Source of the DNA: Alphaproteobacteria bacterium
Lineage (GTDB): Bacteria; Pseudomonadota; Alphaproteobacteria; Bin95
DNA length: 64,000 nt
Direction: 5' to 3'
Assembly: GCA_965205265.1 (NCBI GenBank)
Contig: CBDBGH010000003.1
Span: forward strand, 736,001-800,000
Both the position numbers and the translations under genes were made by a program. Shown piece by piece: positions 58,360-64,000 of the stretch (position 1 is the stretch's first letter; every line of letters starts with the position of its first letter). Under the pieces are notes generated by a model, which saw only the letters and a list, made by a program, of their open reading frames with translations, searched no databases and was not told the origin of the DNA.

Positions 58360-60992
58360 GGCAGCGTGCGCTGCACTTCCTCGGTTTCGAAGCATTCGAT
58401 GACGTCGCCTACCTGAATGTCCTGATAGGACTCGAACGACATGCCGCACTCGAAACCTTCGCGGACCTCCCGCTGCTCTTCCTTGAACCGCTTCAGGGTC
58501 GCGAGTTTGCCCTCGTGGATGACGATATTGTCGCGCAGGAGCCGCACGCCGGCGCCGCGCCGGACCACGCCCTCGATAACCCGGCAACCGGCCACCTTGC
58601 CCACGCGGGTGATGTTGAAGACTTCCCGGATATCCGCCTGGCCGATCTGGCGTTCGCGCAATTCCGGCGCCAGCTTGCCGGCCATCGCTTCCCGGATGTC
58701 GTCGATCAACTCGTAGATGATCGAGTAGTAGCGGATATCGACGCCATTCTGCTGCGCCGCCAAACGGGCCGGGCTCCCGGCGCGGACATTGAAGCCGATG
58801 ATGAAGCCGCCGGAGGCGTGCGCGAGCGTGACATCGCTCTCCGAGATTCCGCCCACGCCGCTATGCAGAACATCGACCTGCACCTCGTCGCTGCCGAGCT
58901 TCGCAAGCGCGCCGACAATCGCCTCGACCGACCCTTGCACATCCGCCTTCACGACCAGCGGCACCTTCTCGGTCTTACCGGCGGCGAGGCTCTTGAAGAT
59001 GTCGTCTATCGAACCGCGCTTGACCGGCGCCGCCTGCGCCTCCCGGTCGCGCCGCGCCCGGTATTCGGTGACCTCGCGCGCGCGCCCTTCATTGTCCACG
59101 ACGACGACCTCATCGCCGGCAACGGGCGGACCGGACAGGCCCAGCACTTCGACCGGCACCGAGGGACCGGCCGACTTCACCCTGCCGATCCGGTCATCGA
59201 CCATAGCGCGGACCTTGCCCCATTCCGCTCCGGCAACGACGATGTCGCCTATCTTGAGCGTTCCGTTCTGGACCAGGACGGTTGCGACCGCGCCGCGGCC
59301 CTTGTCCAGTTGCGCCTCGACAACAATGCCGCTCGCCCGGCGGTCCGGATTGGCCTGGAGCTCCATGAGGTCGGCCTGAAGCAAAACGGCTTCTTCGAGC
59401 GTGTCGAGGCCGGTCTTCTGCGTTGCCGACACTTCGATCATCTGCACGTCGCCGCCGAACTCCTCCGCAACGAGTTCGTGCTGCAGAAGGTCGTTTCGGA
59501 CCCGTTGCGGGTCGGATTCCGGACGGTCCACCTTGTTTATAGCGACGATGATCGGGGCCTCCGCCGCCCTTGCATGCGCAATCGCTTCGACCGTTTGCGG
59601 CTGGACGCTGTCATCGGCAGCGACCACCAGGATCACGATATCGGTAGCGCGGGAGCCGCGCGCGCGCATCGCGGAGAAGGCTTCGTGGCCGGGGGTGTCG
59701 AGGAAGGTGATGTCGGCGCCGGACGGGGTTCGTACCCGGTATGCGCCGATATGCTGGGTGATGCCCCCGGCCTCGCCGCTGACCACATCCGTCTGCCGCA
59801 GCGCGTCGAGAAGCGAAGTCTTGCCGTGATCGACATGACCCATCACGGTCACGACCGGCGCACGGGGCCTGAGGTCGGCTTCTTCGTCCAGGGGACCCGA
59901 GAGTCCTTCCTCGACGTCGCTTTCCGCGACACGCACAACGCGGTGCCCGAACTCCTCCACCACGAGTTCGGCCGTGTCGGCATCGATTGTCTGGGACGGC
60001 ATGGCCCGGATGCCGTTCTGCATCAGGACGCGAATCACATCGACCGCGCGCGTGGCCATCCGGTTTGCGAGTTCGCTGATGAGGATGGTCTCGGGCACGA
60101 TGACTTCGCGCTGGATGAACTGCTGCCCTTCACCCGACGCCTGGCGCTGGCGCTCGCGCTCGCGAGCCCGGCGCACGGACGCCAGCGAGCGCTGCCGTTC
60201 CTGCTCCACTTCCTCGTCGAGCGCCTGGACGATGGTGAGTTTGCCGGCGCGCCGACGGGGCTCCGTCCGGCGCGGTTGCGCGGCGGGCCTTTTGTCGCTG
60301 CGCCGCCGCCCGCCGCGGTCTTCTTCGTCTCGTCCTGCGGCGCGCCGACCGCCCGGAAGCTCGACGGGCGGAGCCGGAGCATCGGAGGGCCGGGCCGGCG
60401 CCCGCCCGGCCGGACGCGCCCGACGGGTCCCCGCGTCAGCGGGGCGGCGGGCGGAAGCGCCGCCGGCCGGCCGCTCGCCGCGCGCGGACTCTACCCGGCG
60501 CACCGCGTCGCGGCGGGCCTCGTCGGCAGCCCGTTTCTTCTCTTCCTCTTCCTGGCGCCTTGCGTCGATTTCGTCCTGCTTGCGCTGCTCTTCCGCGTTG
60601 GCGGCCTTGAGTTCGGCCAGTTCGCGCGCCCGCTGTTCGGCCTGGATTTCTTCCGGGCTCTGCGGCGTCGGAGGAGGAGCGGGCGGAGGCGCCTCGGGCG
60701 CCGCCTCGGCCGCCGGGGCAGGAGCGGAAGGCGCCTTCGGCCGGGATTGCAGCGCCCTGGCCCGCGCTGCGCGTTCTTCGGTGCTGAGTCCGCCGGCTGC
60801 CTGCTGGGCCTGCTTGCCCGGCTTTTCGGTGATGATCGTGCGTTTGCGCTTGACCTCCACCGTCACCTGCTTCGACCGGCCGTGGGAAAAGCTCTGGCGA
60901 ACCTTTCCGGCGCCCACCGTCTTCTTCAACTCCAGCTTACCCGGGCGGGACAGGCTGAGCTTGCCGCTGTCGCGTTCGCCGCTTTCGGTCAT
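58356..60992 (-). CDS. infB: Translation initiation factor IF-2
   Basis: [53 protein letters not shown]. Confidence 0.96.
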   Translation of the reverse strand: MTESGERDSGKLSLSRPGKLELKKTVGAGKVRQSFSHGRSKQVTVEVKRKRTIITEKPGKQAQQAAGGLSTEERAARARALQSRPKAPSAPAPAAEAAPEAPPPAPPPTPQSPEEIQAEQRARELAELKAANAEEQRKQDEIDARRQEEEEKKRAADEARRDAVRRVESARGERPAGGASARRPADAGTRRARPAGRAPARPSDAPAPPVELPGGRRAAGRDEEDRGGRRRSDKRPAAQPRRTEPRRRAGKLTIVQALDEEVEQERQRSLASVRRARERERQRQASGEGQQFIQREVIVPETILISELANRMATRAVDVIRVLMQNGIRAMPSQTIDADTAELVVEEFGHRVVRVAESDVEEGLSGPLDEEADLRPRAPVVTVMGHVDHGKTSLLDALRQTDVVSGEAGGITQHIGAYRVRTPSGADITFLDTPGHEAFSAMRARGSRATDIVILVVAADDSVQPQTVEAIAHARAAEAPIIVAINKVDRPESDPQRVRNDLLQHELVAEEFGGDVQMIEVSATQKTGLDTLEEAVLLQADLMELQANPDRRASGIVVEAQLDKGRGAVATVLVQNGTLKIGDIVVAGAEWGKVRAMVDDRIGRVKSAGPSVPVEVLGLSGPPVAGDEVVVVDNEGRAREVTEYRARRDREAQAAPVKRGSIDDIFKSLAAGKTEKVPLVVKADVQGSVEAIVGALAKLGSDEVQVDVLHSGVGGISESDVTLAHASGGFIIGFNVRAGSPARLAAQQNGVDIRYYSIIYELIDDIREAMAGKLAPELRERQIGQADIREVFNITRVGKVAGCRVIEGVVRRGAGVRLLRDNIVIHEGKLATLKRFKEEQREVREGFECGMSFESYQDIQVGDVIECFETEEVQRTLP

Positions 60993-61597
60993 CCTTGTCT
61001 CCCGTCCGCCGCTCCGTTGCGGAAGCCGGCCAGCCGGCCGGCTTCGAGCATGAAGCGCTCCGTCAGCCGACCCGGACCTAGCACCGCATGGACCGTAAAG
61101 TCACGCCCAATTGCCGCGCCCATCTCGGCGGCCGTCAAAACCGACACGACAGGCAGGCCCCGCGCCAGGCCGGCCAGCGCCCGTCTTCCGTTCTCTGCGC
61201 CGTCCAGAGCCTCGACCAGAACGGCGCCGCGGCCCTCCCGAAGCCAGTCGCATGCGCCTTCATAGCCGGCGGCAAGCAAACCCGAGCGGCGCGCCAGCCC
61301 GAGCAGGCTGCAGCAACGCCTCGCAAGGCCGGCCTCGACACGCGCTTCCAGATCGCCGGGCACGGAGAGCGGCCGCCTTGCGGCGCGCTGGAATGCCCGC
61401 CCGCACCGGGCCGCTTCAAGGCTCTTCGGATCGGCTCCGACCCAATAGCCGCGTCCCGGCAGTTTCTCCTCGAGGTCGGGCGCCAGCCCGCCGTCGGGTC
61501 CGATTACGAACCGGATCAGCTCCCGGCGCGGCCGGCTCTGCCGTGTCGCGACGCATCGGCGCATGCCGCCGTCGTCCTGTGTTGCCGCCCCGGACAC
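60989..61597 (-). CDS. YlxR/DUF448 RNA-binding protein fused to an L7Ae-like domain
   Basis: [33 protein letters not shown]; between nusA and infB. Confidence 0.85.
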   Translation of the reverse strand: MSGAATQDDGGMRRCVATRQSRPRRELIRFVIGPDGGLAPDLEEKLPGRGYWVGADPKSLEAARCGRAFQRAARRPLSVPGDLEARVEAGLARRCCSLLGLARRSGLLAAGYEGACDWLREGRGAVLVEALDGAENGRRALAGLARGLPVVSVLTAAEMGAAIGRDFTVHAVLGPGRLTERFMLEAGRLAGFRNGAADGRQG

Positions 61598-61613
61598 GCT
61601 TCCGCCTGCCTCC

Positions 61614-63227
61614 TCACGACCGGTCTTCGGCCGGCTCTTCGCCAGCCGGTTCGTCGTCGAACCAATGGGCGCGCGCCGCCATAATCATGGCGTCCGCCGT
61701 TTCGACATCGAGGGTGCTGGCCGAAAGGCCGGCTTCGAGCGTCTCCTCGTCAAGGGCCGCGATTGCATCGAGGTCGCGGCCTTCGTGCTGCGGGCTTGCG
61801 ATAAAGCGCAGCTCGTCGCTCGAGAGGTCGGCGAAATCGTCCAGCGTCAGCACACCGGCATGCCCCAGCGCCACAACGATATGGCCGTTGAGCCCGTCGA
61901 ACTCCGCGAGTTCGTCTGCAACGCCAAGCTCGATGCGTTCGGCATCGAGCCGCGCGGCCTGCTGTTCGAGGAAATCCTGCGCGCGGCGCTGCAATTCCTC
62001 CGCGATGTCCTCCTCGAAGCCCTCGATCTCCATCAGGTCCTCGATGCCGACATAGGCCACTTCCTCAAGGGTCGTGAAGCCTTCGTTGACCAGCAGTTGC
62101 GCAATGACCTCATCGACATCGAGCGCGTCGATGAACAGCGCCGAACGCTGCCGCATCTCCTCCTGCCGGCGCTCCGACTCCTCGGCCTCGGTGAGAATGT
62201 CTATGGACCAGCCGGTAAGCTGGCTTGCGAGGCGGACATTCTGGCCGCGCCGGCCGATCGCCTGGCTCAACTGGTCGTCCGGCACGACGACCTCGATGCG
62301 CCCGTCCTCCTCGTCGAGCACGACCTTCACCACCTCCGCCGGAGCGAGCGCATTGACGATGAATGTCGCCGGGTCCTCGGACCAGGGGATGATGTCGATC
62401 TTCTCGCCGTGCAGTTCGCTCACCACCGCCTGGACGCGGCTGCCGCGCATGCCGACGCAAGCGCCCACGGGGTCGATGCCCGGGTCGTTGGAGATCACCG
62501 CGATCTTGGCGCGGCTGCCGGGGTCGCGGGCCACGGCGCGAATTTCGATGATGCCGTCGTAGATTTCCGGCACCTCCTGGGCGAACAGCCGCACCAGGAA
62601 CTCGTTGCGCGTGCGGGAGAGGAAGATCTGCGGGCCGCGGGTCTCTTCGCGCACCTCGTGGATCAGGGCGCGGACACGCTCATTGCGGCGCGGATGTTCG
62701 CGCGGAATGATTTCGTCCCTGCGGAGAACCGCTTCGGCCTGGCCCAGATCGACGACCACATGGCCGAACTCATTGCGCTTGACCAGACCGTTGACGATTT
62801 CTCCCACCCGTCCGACGAACTCCCGGTACTGGCGGGCGCGCTCGGCCTCGCGCACCTTCTGCACGATGACCTGCTTGGCGGACTGGGCGGCGACGCGCCC
62901 GAAATCGATGGGCGGCAGGTCGTCGATCAGCATGTCGCCCACCTTCGCGGAGGCGTTGTAGCGTTGCGCGTGGCTCAGCTTCAGTTGTGCGAATTCGTCC
63001 TCGATCTCCGCGTCTTCCTCGACCACCTCGCGGTAGCGCGCCAGCCGTATTTCCCCGGTCTTCCTGTCTATCGAGGCGCGAATGTCGTGCTCCAGGCCGT
63101 ATTTGGACCGGCCCGCCCGCTGGATCGCCTGCTCCACGGCAACGATGACCTCGTCGCGGTCGATGCCTTTTTCACGCGCCGCGCTGTCCGCGATTTGCAG
63201 CAGTTCGGGGCCGAGAATGTTCACCAT
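61614..63227 (-). CDS. nusA: Transcription termination factor NusA
   Basis: [51 protein letters not shown]. Confidence 0.96.
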   Translation of the reverse strand: MVNILGPELLQIADSAAREKGIDRDEVIVAVEQAIQRAGRSKYGLEHDIRASIDRKTGEIRLARYREVVEEDAEIEDEFAQLKLSHAQRYNASAKVGDMLIDDLPPIDFGRVAAQSAKQVIVQKVREAERARQYREFVGRVGEIVNGLVKRNEFGHVVVDLGQAEAVLRRDEIIPREHPRRNERVRALIHEVREETRGPQIFLSRTRNEFLVRLFAQEVPEIYDGIIEIRAVARDPGSRAKIAVISNDPGIDPVGACVGMRGSRVQAVVSELHGEKIDIIPWSEDPATFIVNALAPAEVVKVVLDEEDGRIEVVVPDDQLSQAIGRRGQNVRLASQLTGWSIDILTEAEESERRQEEMRQRSALFIDALDVDEVIAQLLVNEGFTTLEEVAYVGIEDLMEIEGFEEDIAEELQRRAQDFLEQQAARLDAERIELGVADELAEFDGLNGHIVVALGHAGVLTLDDFADLSSDELRFIASPQHEGRDLDAIAALDEETLEAGLSASTLDVETADAMIMAARAHWFDDEPAGEEPAEDRS

Positions 63228-63248
63228 GGCGGGGTCGCCCTCGCTTTC

Positions 63249-63743
63249 CTAGATTGCGCCTTCGGCCGCGGCCGCAAGCAGCGCGTCGGTCATCAGCAGT
63301 TTCGCCGACTTGACGGCGGCCAGCGGCAGCGATGCCTCGCCTGTATCGGTCTGCAGCCGAAGCGTTGCCCCGTTCAGGCCTTCCAGCCGGCCGCGGAACC
63401 GGCGCTGGCCGGCAACGCCGTCTTCGAGCTCCACCCGCGCTTCGAACCCGGCGAACCGCTCGAAATCTCCGGGCCGCGTGAGCGGCCTGTCGATACCCGG
63501 GGAGCTCACTTCCAGCGAATAGGCCTGCGGGATCGGGTCCTCGATATCGAGCAGGGCCGAAAGCGTTCGGCTCGCCTCGGCGCAATGGTCCACGGTCATG
63601 CCTGCCCGGTCCTGCCGCTCAACCATGATTTGCAGCACCGGCGTACTGCCTCCGAAACGGACGCGCACGAGGTCGTAGCCCAGCCCCTCCAGGGCAGGCG
63701 CCACAAGATCCGCCACGCGTTGCGCGGGGGCGTTGTCGGCAAT
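63249..63743 (-). CDS. rimP: Ribosome maturation factor RimP (start codon uncertain)
   Basis: LQIMVER, DHCAEASR.LSALLD.EDPI..AYSLEVSSPGIDRPL, RRFRGRL, AKLLMTD. Confidence 0.9.
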   Translation of the reverse strand: MADNAPAQRVADLVAPALEGLGYDLVRVRFGGSTPVLQIMVERQDRAGMTVDHCAEASRTLSALLDIEDPIPQAYSLEVSSPGIDRPLTRPGDFERFAGFEARVELEDGVAGQRRFRGRLEGLNGATLRLQTDTGEASLPLAAVKSAKLLMTDALLAAAAEGAI

Positions 63744-63771
63744 CGTTACGGCCGTCGGTCTTCTCCCAACG

Positions 63772-63800
63772 AAAAAAGGCGGCCCGAAGCCCCCAAACCC
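63772..63800 (-). promoter_or_regulatory. rimP leader-like hairpin followed by a U-run
   Basis: Minus strand GGGGGCTTCGGGCCGCC-TTTTTT upstream of rimP, in the position of the known rimP leader. Confidence 0.5.
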
Positions 63801-63857
63801 GCTTCCCACTGTCAAGAATGAGCAGCCCGCATCCACGACAAGCAGGCAAGCGCGCGG

Positions 63858-63886
63858 AATATAGCCTCAGACAACCGGATTCGCAA
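63858..63886 (-). promoter_or_regulatory. Sigma70-like promoter for the rimP-nusA-infB operon
   Basis: Minus strand TTGCGA-N17-TATATT. Confidence 0.55.
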
Positions 63887-63998
63887 CGCCATGGCGGCGG
63901 ATGAAACGCAGATAGGTCGATTTGACGCCTGCCATGCGGGCCTTGGCTTCGTAGCGCGTTTCCGGCCAGTCTGCCGGGCGTTGCCGCCAGTCGTCGGC
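63867..63998 (-). CDS. trmB: tRNA (guanine-N7)-methyltransferase C-terminus (partial)
   Basis: Hand translation ADDWRQRPADWPETRYEAKARMAGVKSTYLRFIRR; trmB-rimP order is typical of Alphaproteobacteria. Confidence 0.8.
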   Translation of the reverse strand, partial: ADDWRQRPADWPETRYEAKARMAGVKSTYLRFIRRHGVANPVV

Positions 63999-64000
63999 GG

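Noticed and set aside
71-63821. Many long antisense or alternate-frame ORFs (e.g. 71-2044, 18971-21910, 58515-61265, 61563-63821)
   Set aside because: Shadows of well-supported genes in high-GC DNA; Arg/Ala/Pro-rich with no family motifs.

Overview
A high-GC alphaproteobacterial chromosome segment, most like Rhodospirillales. Conserved housekeeping blocks are: the proS 3' end with lolC/E and lolD; pgsA-mobB-moaD-moaE; ftsB-pdhABC-lpdA-lipA-ratA/coq10; msrA, bpt/ate, gabD, rpiA and gor; and the trmB 3' end through rimP-nusA-ylxR-infB-rbfA-truB-rpsO-pnp. Between them lie catabolic genes: a TauD-family dioxygenase, creatinase, a betaine-homocysteine methyltransferase-like enzyme, two family III CoA-transferases (one paired with an itaconyl/mesaconyl-CoA hydratase), a TAXI-TRAP transporter, two LLM oxidoreductases, and a catalase with an OxyR-like box. 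The junctions are filled with small accessory units. These include two MNT-HEPN fusion paralogs, an AbiEii-like toxin with an unrecognisable partner, and stubs of Xre, ParD and VapC toxin-antitoxin genes. There are also three CCDC90/DUF1640-like tail-anchored mini-proteins, cysteine-capped MORN-repeat lipoproteins (one frameshifted), a LexA-boxed promoter ahead of a lone IS630-type HTH gene, and several nested MITE/REP palindromic elements (one with a 12-bp flanking direct repeat). The gene content suggests a marine host-associated (e.g. sponge-symbiont) lifestyle, but this is inference. No rRNA, tRNA or CRISPR array was seen. All family calls come from motif recognition by eye; no database searches were run.
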